A stretch of DNA of 64,000 nucleotides from the NCBI RefSeq assembly GCF_009914755.1, contig NC_060935.1; one strand, 5' to 3'. The notes under the pieces were generated by a model that had not been told where the DNA came from, ran no database searches, and worked only from the letters and a program-made list of their open reading frames with translations. The stretch's first letter is position 1; each line of letters opens with the position of its first letter. Positions 1 to 17,214 of the stretch are shown in pieces. A program made the translations under genes and the position numbers. Origin of the DNA: the human T2T-CHM13v2.0 reference genome, Homo sapiens.

Positions 1-219
<219 letters not shown>

Positions 220-484
220 AATCTAACCATTTTCAAGATTTGATCTGCAAATACCTGAAGTAAGTACAAGCACTGTGGCCCAGTTAAAGAGTGTTAGAAC
301 TGTAAGAAGTCCAAAGGCATAGCTAAGAATTGCTTTAGAGTCAGTTGTGGGTTCTGAATTCTTGCTCTGATAGTTAGCAACTATGTCTACTTTGGCAAAT
401 TTAGGTTTTGAAGCCTTCCATATCTTTAAAAGGAGGTAACATTTAACAGAGCACCAAATACAAGGTTTTCTGTAATATTAGTTC

Positions 485-620
485 CATAGCATGGTCTGCA
501 AACTTCCAACATCAGAATCTCCTGGGATATATGCTAAATGCAGATTCTGGTTTCCCAACCAGAATATACTGCTTAAAAATCTGAGGGTTAGTTCTAGGAA
601 TCTGCATTTTTTTCTATACA
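485..620. mobile_element. MER5A-like hAT MITE fragment, interrupted by MLT2
   Basis: catcagaatc...aaatgcagattc...aggaatctgcatttt motifs. Confidence 0.6.
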
Positions 621-625
621 ATGTA

Positions 626-1071
626 TGTATTAGGGTTCCCTGGAGGGACAGAACTAATAGGAGATACATATATATACACACATATATTTATTAAGTTTAT
701 TGAGAACTTACACGATCACAAGGTCCCACAGTAGGCTGGCTGCAAGCTTGAGGAAAAGAGAGAGCCAGAGTCTGAGTCTGAAAACTGAAGAACTTGGGGG
801 TCCAGTGTCTGAGGGCAGGAAGCATCCAGCGTGGGAGAAGGATGGAAGCTGGGAGGCTAGGCCAGTCTCTCCTCTTCACGTTTTTCTGCGTGCTTATATT
901 CTACCTATGCTGGTAGCTGATTAGACTGTGCCCACCAGATTGAGAGTGGGTGGGCCTTCCCCAGCCCACTAACTCAAATGTTAATCTCATTTGGCAACAC
1001 CCTTACAGACAAACCCAGGATCAGTATTTTGCATCCTTCAATCAAGTTGACACTTAGTATTAACCATCACA
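626..1071 (-). mobile_element. MLT2A-type (ERVL) solo LTR
   Basis: TG...CA ends (tgtattagggttc...attaaccatcaca), internal (TA)n, 5-bp TSD ATGTA at 621-625 and 1072-1076. Confidence 0.85.
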
Positions 1072-1261
1072 ATGTATGATTTTTAAAATCTGCATTTTTA
1101 ATAAGCTACTAGTTTATTTTTCCACCTAATCCAATTCCTAATTTTATTTGAAAGCACCAAGGTAAATAGTTCCTAAATCACTGTTATTTAAATTGTGCTC
1201 CAGTACCCCTTATTCTTGCTGCAATTCCAAGACAGAGATAACAAAAATTTTTTTTTCAATG

Positions 1262-1641
<380 letters not shown>

Positions 1642-1687
1642 TGCCAAAATTTTTAATGTTTGCATGTACATAGTTACTCAACAAAGA

Positions 1688-2108
1688 GGCCAGGTGTGGT
1701 GGCTCACGCCTATAATGCCAACACTTTGGGAGGGTTGCCTGAGCCCAGGAGTTCGAGACCAGCCTGGGCAACATTGTAAGAGCCTGTCTCTTAAAAATAT
1801 ATATTTTGGGGAGCCAGGTGTGGCACCTCACGCCTGTAATCCCAACACTGGGAGGCTGAGGTGAGTGGATTGCTTGAGCTCAGGAGTTCGAGATCAGCCT
1901 GGGCAACATGGCGAAACCCTGTCTCTACCAAAAAAAAAAAAAAAAAAAAAAGTAGAGGCATCGTGGTGTGTGCCTGTGGTCCTGGCTACTGGGAAGTCTG
2001 AAGTGGGAGGATCGCTTGAGCCTAGGAGGTGGAGGTTGGAGTACGCCAAGATCACACCACTGCATTCCAGCCTTGGTGTCAGAGTTAGACCCTGTCTCAA
2101 AAAATATA
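1688..2108 (+). mobile_element. FLAM-like monomer followed by AluJ-like dimer
   Basis: Alu consensus with A-rich linker and tail. Confidence 0.8.
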
Positions 2109-2234
2109 TTTTAAAATGATATTAAGTAAAGAATATAGTCCAGCCACATGAGCAAGTATTGCTTATCTAGAAAGACGTATAATAAAGTTCTTTTGGGGAG
2201 ATAAACTATGATCCATTCTATGTTTCATGTAAAT

Positions 2235-2429
2235 CAGGGGCAGCCAATCTTCTGGCTTCCTTGGGCCACATTGGAAGAATTATCTTGGGCCACACATAAA
2301 ATACACTAACACTAATGATAGCTGATGAGTTTTTAAAAAGAATCACAAAAGCAATGTTTTAGCAAAGTTTATGAATTTGTGTTGGGCTGCATTCAAAGCT
2401 GTCCTGGGCCGCAAGGTGGAAAAAACTTG
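2235..2429 (+). mobile_element. MER30 hAT-Charlie MITE
   Basis: cagggg..ccaatct...gggccacacataaaatacactaacactaa...cttg; degenerate 8-bp TSD atgtaaat/atctaaag. Confidence 0.8.
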
Positions 2430-2467
2430 ATCTAAAGTATTTGATTTTTTTAGAAAAGTTTTTGAAT

Positions 2468-2763
2468 GGCCAGGTGTGGTGGCTCACACCTGTAATCCCA
2501 GCACTTTGGGAGGCCGAGGCAGGCGGATCACGAGATCAGGAGATCGAGACCATCCTGGCCAACATGCTGAAACTCCATCTCTACTAAAATACAAAAACTT
2601 AGCCAGGCATGCTGGCATGCGCTTGTAGTCCCAGCTACTCGGGAGGCTGAGGCAGGGGAATCACTTGAACCCAGGAGGCGGAGGTTGCAGTACAGTGAGC
2701 CAAGATCGCGCCACTGTACTCCAGCCTGGTGACAGAGCAAGACTGTCTCAAAAAAAAAAAAAA
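2468..2763 (+). mobile_element. AluS
   Basis: Full dimer, poly(A), TSD aaagtttttgaat/gaagcttttgaat. Confidence 0.9.
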
Positions 2764-2934
2764 GGAAGCTTTTGAATAAGAAGCAACTCTACAGTACTCT
2801 ATTGTAGACAACCAAAGTATTAATATTTGGGGGGCACAATTTCAACCAACTTTAAATTATTTCATTCTGGAAGTATGTGTTGAGTAAATATGAAGTATAA
2901 GGCCCCTAGAGGTACAGATGGCTATGGCCGTCTA

Positions 2935-3658
<724 letters not shown>

Positions 3659-3997
3659 GTTAAAATTTTTTAATAGGAGCTTGTCTTCTTCACTGTTGTA
3701 TCCAAAGCCTGACTGAAATCTGTAGACACCTAAGCAGTGAAAAATTTGATGCCTTAACCTATATAATTTAAAATCAAAATATTTACACTATAAGGTGAAT
3801 TTAAGGAAGATCTCATTTTTCTCATGGTGAAGACTAAGATACTTTTTCAAAATTACTAAATTTTCATTTGTTTCATCAGGGATGAGGTTGGGGGAGGATC
3901 TAGCTCCTTTATTAATACCTGAATATATAGGTTTTAATATCCAAGCTTGACTATATCCACTACACTTGGTACACAACAGAACAAATGAATGAACATT

Positions 3998-4286
<289 letters not shown>

Positions 4287-4869
4287 ATTCACGATACTCC
4301 CCAAAAGCTGATGATAACATGTAAGAAGCGACTTGATTTTACCTTCTAACTCTCCCTCCCTTTTAGCACAATGCTGCAAAATGACTGGCTCATAAACCAC
4401 TAAGCTGCCTTGGCAGCCACTTGTTATTGTTACCAGTAGGTAATATGCTGTTTTCTTCTGCTTGGCACATAAGCAGTAGGCATGAAATAATTGCTTAATG
4501 GATAAGTAAGTTGTTAAATTATAAAACTCTGATGGATTGCTTAGTCCTTTAACAATTTACACCCCCCTCCCACTTATCCAATTCTTTTGTGACAGATTTT
4601 GCACTAGCAAAGTGCACTGTTTCAGACAATCAAGGAAATAAAACATTTCTTGATGAAATCCTACCTCGCCTCAACAGGAAACTGAATTGGAGTCCTCAAT
4701 TCTCAGTACATCAGAACTAGTGTGTGAAAGGATCAGGAGAGGACCATAGTATTGGAGAATAAAACATTATGTATTGATGGTTGAGCTTTATGTCATCGTG
4801 TAGTAAATGCTATGACCATAAAGCCATTACTGTTAACACTTAAGTTTATCTTCTGAAAGAAGCCTATGA

Positions 4870-5183
<314 letters not shown>

Positions 5184-6497
5184 AGACTTGTTTTTTAGTG
5201 AAATAAATTGTTTTCCTTTAGGACCTTATTCTTTATGATAACAGATTCCAAGAATATGCAGTCTTGTCAATGGCTGTTTCATCCTCAGTTTCTTTAAAAA
5301 TAAAATACAATTAGAACATTTTTAGATATGCTATATCTATCCAATCTATTTTCCTGTCACCCAGTAAGGTTTTCTATCATCAGCACAGGTCTATGAAAGG
5401 ACAGTAAAGGGTCTCCTGTTACATACCCTAGCACTAATGTTTGTAATAGAATGTTAAGATAAGTTGTTTCATGTAATCGGACTACATTCAGTCTTTCTCT
5501 ACCCTCTGTCCTCTATTTACCCACCTATGCATGTGGCCTACTAATTATATTGACTGTACATGACCAGCAAGTTGTAAGTTCTTTTAAAAGCAGGAGCTCA
5601 ACCATATTTGTATTCACATTTCCTTCTGCTTAAAACAGGGCTCTTGTTTCTTCAGTAAATATTCATTCGGTATCCACTAGGTGTCAGATAATATACAAGG
5701 TAGGTTCTAGGGATTCCAAGATAAATAAACACAGATATGCCAATATGAGTCTGACAGTTTTGGCGGGGAGAGGTGGAAAATAGATCTGCAAGCCAAAAAA
5801 GCTACAGTAGAATAATATAAATATTGTAATGGCAATAAAATACCAGAACTATTAATTTTACATTTAGTAATCATTCAGTATCAATTAAATGGGTAAAATG
5901 GATATGTTGGCATGAATGACATATAACTGAAAAAACACTAAGAACTGTATAGAAACTGAATTAGACATATGAGTAATATTAGTAGGAAGGGGAGAGAATA
6001 TTTGATTCCAGGTAGGCTACCAAGCAGGATGTTTTTTCAGCACAGCCTTGGAATAAAATCTGTAACCTTTGAAAACAATCACATTTTTGTTCTTATGCAA
6101 TCTTTGTTTTTAAATGTATTTATTGTTTTGGCTCTAGTCCCTGAATGTTAAAATTTTAGTGTCAGTGTTAATTCTCACTTATCTTCTCCAGACCTTACTC
6201 CCTAATTTTCTCATTTTCATTTGCCCCAATAAGTGCCAACCTTACCTTGAATAGAATAGTGGATTTATCAGCTTACAAGGACTAAAAAGTCGTCATTTCC
6301 AAAAACATCTGTCCAATAAGTCTGCCTCAGTGACTACATTTCTAGCATTACAATGTCATTCTTAGTACACTGATTTGATCTTTACAAATTACATAAATGT
6401 ATAAAATTGTCGCATGTACCCTAAATTATATACATCTATTATGTATGTATCAATAAAAAAATAATTTTCTGTGCTTTTTCTCCTGTTAAAAAGAATT

Positions 6498-6782
6498 CTT
6501 TTCTTTTTGAGACAGGGCCTGGCTCTGTCACCCAGGCTGGAGTGCAGTGGTGCAATCTTGGCTCACTGCAGCCCCTGCCTCCCAGGCTGAAGTGATCCTC
6601 CCACCTCAGCCTCCTGAGTAGTTGGGACTACAGATGGGTACCACCATGCCTGGCTAAGTTTTTGTAGAGACAGGGTTTTGCCATGTTGTCCAGGCTGGTC
6701 TCAAACTCCTGAGCTCCAGCAGTCTTCCTGGCTTGGCTTCCCAAAGCGCTGGGATTACAGGTGTGAGCCACCACACCCAGCT
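6498..6782 (-). mobile_element. AluJ-like
   Basis: Antisense Alu. Confidence 0.85.
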
Positions 6783-7041
6783 GATTCTTTAGAAGACCAG
6801 TATTGCATTGTGATTGCCTCTGGGCAGGAAAACTAAGGGGCATCAGTAGACTATGCAATTACTTTCTTCCTCTTTAAAAAAGTATTGTTAATTTTTAAAT
6901 TTACATATTTTGGTATACAATTCTATGAGTTTTGACAAATGCAAAGAATCATATAACCACCGCCATAATTGAGATACTAAACAATTCTATCACCTCAAAA
7001 AAAATCCTCTTGAGCTGTCTCATTTATAATTTTTGTGATTA

Positions 7042-7203
<162 letters not shown>

Positions 7204-7846
7204 CTACAGAGTGACACTCTGTCTAAAAACAAAAACAAAAAAACACTTTAAATGTTTCATATAGTTATTCCTTATTCAAAAAGTATGCCTTTTTGGGTTA
7301 AGACAGTGCCATTTCAAATAGCCTTGTAGAAATATAAGCAAGGAAATGCTAAATTATACCATTATTGATCATTAGTACCTTAGCTTGTAGTTTAAACTGT
7401 TGAAGAGAATTAGGACTCCACCTGGCATTGTGGCATAAGCCAGTAGTCCCAGCTACCCAGGAGGCTGAGGCCTGAGCTCAGGAGTTCAAGACTAGACTGA
7501 GCACATAGCGAGATCTTGTCTCAAAAAATGAAAGAAAAAGAATTAGGACTCAGAAAAGGTAAAGGGTGTGTGTGTTTGATTAGATAGAGGATGGGATTGA
7601 AGGCTTAAGGAGGAGATTAGGGCCTGAGATGGAACAATGCGCATGGAAGGATAGATATGGGTAGTGTGTTCTGAGTAATATAAGAGACCTAGATTCTCAA
7701 AGATAGAGGGCACCAAAGAGATGAGTCCTGTAGAGGGGTGACCTTCATGTAAAAAATGATCTATCTTAATTGGGAGCTACAGACCTGGGATTCTGTACTG
7801 AACTTATACAGAATAAGTAATTTACTCTTCAAAAGTCGCTTCCCCA

Positions 7847-8136
<290 letters not shown>

Positions 8137-9723
8137 TCAATTTCATAATCTGTAAAATAGTAAGGTTGGACTGAGTATATACCAAGGTCCATTTCAGAGT
8201 TCTCCAGCTAGAAGCAAAACCCTTGTGTGTATGTGTTAGTTTTTTTCCCCTAAGGTTTTGTCCTCTAGTTTTAACTAGAGAGACACATTTGGGATATTAA
8301 TAACCGAATTCTAGCAAGCATTATGATCTCTTCAGATTTCATGTAGTTTGATGTCAGAAGCTGCATAGCAAAGTTAAGCCTGATCTGAATTGGCTTCAAG
8401 TGGATAGAGCTGTATGACCCTCAGTCTTCTCATGTATAGAATGACTTATATACTCTAAACTTCCTTGTAGTTTTCATATTTCATGACTATGAAACCTGTG
8501 AAAACTTACCAGTGTTTTTTCTATTCATACTTCCTTTGAGTCTGCAGCTGCTGTTCTTCTGATTTGATTTTTTTGTTGTTTATTTTTATTAGCCACTATT
8601 CATTCAGTACCTTTTATATGTCAAAACGTTTGATATTTAACCTACGTTATTTAAGGGCTTTTGTACTGCTGCTGTACTTTATAGGTGCATAGATATGGTA
8701 AAATCACACCATGCCTCCTGCTCTGACTCTGGATAACATATTCCTACAGCAGGATCTCATTTCAATAAAAATTAAAAGAAACACTAGAGAGAGGAAGAAG
8801 GGGAGAAGATAAATGTGGCTTTAAATTGATAAGTGAAAGGCAAGGAACTAACATTTGAGGATCTACTATGTGTTAGACACTTTATAACATGGATCTTCTT
8901 TAGATCATTGAGATAAGCAGGTAGAAAGACATCACAAAGGGAGTCTGCTTGTATTGATAGCAAGAAGAAAAAAATGACTTCATGCCATAAATCACTGGAA
9001 TTATTCAGAATTTTTGTTTTGCATGTTATCCTCCATTATGAGGACAAAGACAGCATAATGTCTCTATGTAGTAAGTGTTTGGTGAATGTTTATTGAATAA
9101 GTAGGGATTTTTATCATGCATATAGTAGTGTTTCTTAATGTTTTGGATCCATGGACTTATAAAAATTTTATAAAAGCTATGGCTACATCCAGGATGTTAC
9201 CTCCCTCCCCTGCCACACACAAAAGGAAACAGCCAAGTCCCTCCCCTCACTCTAACCATTCCCACATCTATATTTGTGTAAAACCCATGATTTTAAACTG
9301 TTTGCAGCCCCTCTGTAATCCATTCACATGACCCAAGAACTCAGCCCTGGAAACATCTCTGGGTATCCAGGTAGACTAAAAGCATAGTTCCATTAATTTA
9401 TAGTGCTATATGGTTCTGCCATGCTTTATTGGTCCTTTATAGACTTGAGAAAATCACACCATGCCTCTTGACCATTAACAAATGGTCATGTTCAGTCTTC
9501 CTTTTTATGAGTGGAAATTCCATCCAATTTGCTTTTAGGTTCATTAATATGTACTACAACCAAAAGATCAGCAGCATTATATACTTTATCTTTTTTAGTC
9601 TTTTGAAGTACAAATTATGCGATTTTACAGATAAATTATCTCATGGGTAGCATATGTCTGGCTTTCTAGGTGGAATGATTCCTATTTCTTTTTGTACCTC
9701 TCCCCATTCAGAACTCACTTTGA

Positions 9724-10043
9724 GGCCAAGCGTGGTTGCTCAGGCCTGTAATCCCAGCACTTTGGGAGGCCGAGGCAGGTGGATCACCTGAGGTCAGGAG
9801 TTGGAGACCAGCCTGGCCAACACGACAAACCCCGTCTCTACTAAAAATACAAAAATTAGCCTGGCATGGTGGCACACACCTGTAATTCCAGCTGCTCGGG
9901 AGGCTGAAGCATGAGAATCACTTGAACCTGGGAGGCAGAGGTTGCAGTGAGCCAAGGTTGCAGTGGATCAAGATCACACCACTGCACTCCAGCCTGGGCA
10001 ATAGAGTGAGACTCTGTCTCAAGAAGAAGAAAAAGAAAAAAAA
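9724..10043 (+). mobile_element. AluSx-like
   Basis: Full dimer; TSD aactcacttt. Confidence 0.9.
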
Positions 10044-10300
10044 CTCACTTTAAACTCTGCTAGACCATTGCCCTTGTATGTGAAATTTTATCTGGATAGA
10101 AGAAGATGAGGAAAAAAATTTTCTTGTCTTTTAGTGGAGGAGAATGACATGTAAAACAAGTATTCTTTAAAAATTCCAAATATGATATGAGAACTACCCC
10201 ATAAAGTTGTGAAGGTCACATTGGTGAAAGGAAAACTAAGTGCTGTGTAAATTACAAAGTTGTCTAAGTATCCACCTGGTCCTTACCTTGCTATAGAATC

Positions 10301-10602
10301 TTTTTTTTTTTTAGACGGAGTCTAGCTCTGTCGCCCAGGCTGGAGTGCAGTGGCGCAAGCTCCGCTTACTGCAAGCTCCGCCTCCTGGGTTCATGCCATT
10401 CTCCTGCCTCAACCGCCCGAGTAGCTGGGATTACAGGTGCCCACCACCACGCCCAGCTAATTTTTTTTTTTTTTTTGTATTTTTAGTAGAGACGGGGTTT
10501 TCCCATGTTAGCCAGGATGGTCTTGATCTCCTGACCTCGTGATCTGCCCACCTCGGCCTCCCAAGGTGCTGGGATTACAGGTGTGAGCCACCACGCCCAG
10601 CC
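10301..10602 (-). mobile_element. AluY-like
   Basis: Antisense Alu; TSD taccttgctatagaatcttt. Confidence 0.9.
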
Positions 10603-11719
10603 TACCTTGCTATAGAATCTTTAGGCCTAATATAGTCTAGCCAGAACAGCTATTTGGATGCTTGCCTAATCTTCAATACTGGTTTCCCTTTTATACATGA
10701 CTGCAAAACTGACTCTCACCTAGGTTTGTGATGTTAGAAACTCCAGTTGTTTACTATTATTATTAAAGTGGGAAACGGAGTTCGTTGATCAAATGGATTA
10801 ATGTTTTGAGTACTTACTATACACCAGGGGCTCTTAAATTTTTACATAAACTTTCTGGATGGAGAGTGATAGAATCTCCATTGTTCACTTGCCACAAGCC
10901 ACACCATTTGTAGCTAACATTTGAATGCTTACTATGAGCAAAGGCACTGTTCCAAGGGCATTACATGCACATCATTCATATTTCTCATTTAATCTTTATA
11001 ACAACTCCTTAAAATACTGGTAGTATTCTTGTTCCCTAATTTGTCAATAAGAAAACTGAAATTTAGAGATTATACAATTTGCCCAGCACTATTGGAAAGC
11101 TGGGACTTTGAAACCTGGCTGATTTGACTCCAAAGTCTGCACTCTATTCCAACAGACTGCCAGTGCCTCCAGAATTAATTAGCATTAATATTTTCTGTTG
11201 TTTATGATCTAAGTATGGCTGTCCATGGCAGGGAGTTAATGAGGGAGGCATTAATGGGGAAACACTGGACCACTTCTGAGAGATGTGGTGCCCTCCCTCA
11301 CAAACAGGTTTCTTGTGGTGAAATCAGGTTGGAAGGATAAGAGAGGCTGAAGAAGGTGGAGGTGGTGTAGTTGGGCCTGTTTAGGAACTGATTACATCTG
11401 AGCCTCTGGCCCTTTTTCCTGCCAGCTGACTCAGAGCTGGCAGATGGGCCAAAGTCCAGGCAGGTTGATTTCATGGGCTGTATACTTCAAAGGATCTGAT
11501 TCCTGGTGCTACTAAGCACATTGCTTTTCCGAAGGCACAGTCTTGTGGGGGAGGGAACAGGATGGTCTCCATGAGGTGTTTGTGAAAGCCCTAGGCAATG
11601 TTTGCTCTAATCCAAATATATACAGCTTGTTTTGAGTTTGGCAATAAAACACAGAGCCAGCCCTAAGCAGGGCTGAAAACTGAGTATTTAAACCTTAAGT
11701 ATTCTGCAATACAACAACA

Positions 11720-11935
11720 GTTAAGTATATGGGTCCTAGAGTCAGATAGAACTGAAATCTAATCTTGACTTCACCACTCAGCTGTAGATAAATTACTAGA
11801 CCTCAGTTTTCTTGTTCGTGAAATGGGGATTTTAGTTATAGAGTACCTACTTCATATGGTTGTCGTGAGGATTAAACAAAAATGTATACCACAGTACCTG
11901 AGATGTAGTAAACACTCTTGAAACATTAGTCATTA
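11720..11935 (+). mobile_element. MIR
   Basis: MIR core cctcagttttctt...tgaaatgggg...gttgtcgtgaggattaaa. Confidence 0.7.
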
Positions 11936-12362
11936 TTCATTTTTTAAATTTTTCCTTCAAATACTTTCCTATCCAATAGTCATTATTCATTGAAAACTTC
12001 TATTTTATAAGACGATCTCAGCACTTAAACAAAATAAATTGATTCATCATGTTTTCACTTAACAGGCATTCAAAAGGCATTTATTATTGTGTTGGGTAGA
12101 TGGATGGAGAAAATAGCAATAATTTTTGTTGAACACCTAAAATGAGCCAAACTTTTTAAAAAATATTGTCTCATTTTATGCTCACAACAGCTCTATGAAG
12201 TATTTTCCTATATTATAGATGAGATCATGGGCCAAGAGAGGATTAGCAACATGCCTAAGATCATATAGTCAGCACTGTCTAATTCTGAAGCCTATGAATA
12301 AGGTAGCATTTATCCCCACGGAAGCATGGTATTCAGCAGGCAGGCAGACACATAAACAAGTA

Positions 12363-13318
<956 letters not shown>

Positions 13319-13864
13319 GTACCTACAGTCAAAGTGCTGTCGTTGAGTTTTACACTAGGTGCTTGGGAGAACAGAATGGAATAGGTGAACTCTGGGCATG
13401 AAGTGAAGGTAGTCCCCTTCACAGGAATAAATGCTAATAATGGGGCTTCAGGTGAGAATGAGGAAGGAAGCCTTTGCTGGTGGAGGAGTTAAGGGAGTTC
13501 TTTCTGGGTTTCCCTAAGTCACACTAGAAGAAAAGGGTTACAGGGAGGCCTTTCTGGAATTCCTCAAGTCAATATGACAGCCTCTTAGATCCAGCATTAC
13601 AACTGCAGCAAATTTTATAGCTGCAAACAAAGAAACTGTCTCCAGAGAGACAGATTATGTTGTTTACTTGAGGCAAAATGGTGGGGGTTCTATATAAATG
13701 ATATGTCTGCATCCGAATCATCTGTACCTTTTTGGGCTTTAGAACCAAACCTAATAGTAATAATAGCAACCAATTCTTAACTGCATGATCATTAGGTACT
13801 AATCACTGCTATGTTCACAGGCTAGAACTCTCAACTGGAGAAAGGTAGAGTTGTTTGTCTAAAT

Positions 13865-14590
13865 CAATAATCTCAAATTAAGTACACTTAATTTGAGCAT
13901 ATACCCCCAATATATGTATATTACTTTATAAGTTATACACATCCACTATTGGGCTAATATAAAATATACATTATGAAATGTAAACAAAAAGTTTGAAGGA
14001 ATACAATGAAAATGAATAAACTTTTATCTCAGGGAAAATATATACTTAGGTTTCTGTATCTTGTTATTAAGTGGATACAAATTAATACTGTATTTCAAAT
14101 AGATTTTTTAATAGTTTTGGATGTTTTGAGTCAGCTGGTCAGATTTTGTTAATCATTGTATTTAACTTCATAATGTGACTGATGAAGGGATCATACTAAG
14201 TAAAAGTGTCAGTTCTGCCATTTGAGAGTGGGGGATCCTATGTATCATCTTCAATTCACAGGGTTTTCTTTTTCCCAGCAATTTTTTAAAACCAATTATT
14301 CACTTTGTAATATTTCATTTTGTTAAAGTTAGATTTTAAAAATCCATAAATCCCCTTTTGAACCACAATATGTCACTAATGCTCAAAGAAAGAAACTCCA
14401 TTTGTATCTCATCTGATGTGAGCGTCAAATATAGAAACAATGTGGGGATGCCAACCTCAATCCATATGGATGAATAGGGCTTAATTTTCTCATGATAAAC
14501 CTAAGTAGAAGCTATGAAAATTCTTACCACACTTCAGTGAATTATCTTGTATACCTCTAGAGTGAGCACATTCCACTTTGGAGATCAGTA
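13865..14590. mobile_element. Old hAT-Charlie-like relic
   Basis: Terminal motif ccactttggagatcagt with AT-rich body; family uncertain. Confidence 0.35.
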
Positions 14591-14831
14591 GTCTCAGCAA
14601 CAAGACCTGTGGCCATAAAGTGGGAATAAACAATCCAATTTTTAGCAATGCTTGGCCCAGATTCACTTATGAGTGACATGAGAAAGGTACAACATGATAT
14701 TCCAGGAAATCAGAAGAGCTAAGTATATCTGAACCTTTGAGAGTATGGCCTGTCCATACAAAGGCAGAATCTACATTTGTCAAGTGCCTTCAAGAAACAT
14801 TCTACCAAGATATGCACCTCCACAAAAGTAA

Positions 14832-15162
<331 letters not shown>

Positions 15163-15446
15163 TTTAAAATTTTATTTTTAAAAAATCACACACACACAAA
15201 ATACATTCTACTTTTTAAGAAAATTGACTTAGATTTAATCCCAGCTCTGCTATTTGCTAACCATGCAATTTTGGGAAAGTAACGACCTATTGGAGCCTGT
15301 TTCCCATCTCCAAAGTGAGAATGATTAATGCTATACCTACTTCACTGAGAAGAAGAGTGTATCATGGTCATATTGACCCCTCACTATGTGCATAGAGATG
15401 CTGAGCTAAACTCTTTACAAGCGTTTATTTAATCCTCAATATACCA

Positions 15447-15821
15447 GTGACTAGAGGCTAAGCAGTTTACCAAAGCATTTTCCTTTCCCTCCTTAGCACA
15501 CAGGACTATATTTCCTGGCCTCCTTTGCAGTTAGGTGCAGCCACATTACTGTGTTCTAGCCATTGAAATATGGAAAGAAATGATCAATACTACCTCCAGC
15601 CCTGGCCCATAAAACTTTCCTTTCCATTCTTCGTGCTCTCATTCTTCCTTCATCTGCCGGAGGATTCAGCAGAACCATTAGGTGCACAGAGCTCTTCTCT
15701 CCTCCCACTACTTCCAACGTGCATTGAACTGTGATGTGAGCCAGAAATAAACTCTTATTGTGTTAAATCATTAAGATGTGAGAATTGTTTGTTGCAAGAG
15801 TTAGCATACCCTGACTAATAC
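15447..15821 (+). mobile_element. MLT1 (MaLR) solo LTR
   Basis: gcctcctttgcagttaggtg, aaataaactcttattgtgttaa, end ctgactaataca. Confidence 0.7.
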
Positions 15822-16505
15822 AGCAAGGTTTGACAAGAACCCAGAAAAGGGAGAGATAAATTGTTTACAGTGTCTGCTAGATAATGGAAAATAAAACGGG
15901 CAATAAGCATCATTAACTTAAGGAAGATGAAGATTACCTTCATGAGATAACTTATGAGCAAGTGTCTGTAAAAGTCCTTTGGGTAAAGTGTGAAAAATGT
16001 CAAGAATCACAGATTTACACTCTGCTTTCCAAAGCTTTTTGCAGACACCACTGGGGACTCCTCAATGAATGGAGACATGACCCCTTTAGTATCTCATGCT
16101 CTACAGCCTACTAAATCAGTTCAACACATTCCTCTGAGTTAAAAAAAAAAAAAGGAATAACACGTATGAATGCATTTTTTTACACTGCCTTGGGAATCCT
16201 TCCTCTACCTTAACAATGTTTTCTGTTTATTCAGATCAAAGAGCTGAAGTGTTTTTAAGATTTTTTCCTCAAGTCGGCCTGAATGTAACCCATAGTTTCC
16301 TTTACTCTAACAAATTTTCAGGACATACAGTACTTAGCTGGAACCATATTTTTAGCTTGACTCATTATATTCCTGTTATTTTGATTACCCTTGGTAAACT
16401 AAATGATCTCATGGCATATTTTTCAACTAGAATATATTACTATGTTTTTCTCTTTTTCATACTTACTTGCAAAATTGATGTCTATGGAATTGCCTGGATA
16501 GCTAA

Positions 16506-16907
<402 letters not shown>

Positions 16908-17214
16908 TGACAGAGTGAGACTCCACCTCAACAACAACAACAAAAAATGTAATTTACACCCTAACTGATTAAAGGCATAAACACATAGGGTCATTTCAAT
17001 AGATGCAGAGAAAAAAATGCTTGACATTTATTCATTAAGAGGACACAAGCCAACTTCATGTTTAGACAGACCTGACTTCCAGGCCTGGCATAGCCACCAA
17101 TTAGGTATACATGACCTTGGCAAGTTATTCAACCTCTTTGACATCACAAATACAATGGAGATGGTAAAACTCACTTTGCAAAGTAAATGAGATATATAGA
17201 CTGTTGTCACTTTT

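Noticed and set aside
4367-4439. Possible lncRNA exon (cccttttag acceptor, gtaata donor) and another acceptor near 16233
   Set aside because: Splice-like motifs alone are insufficient without transcript data
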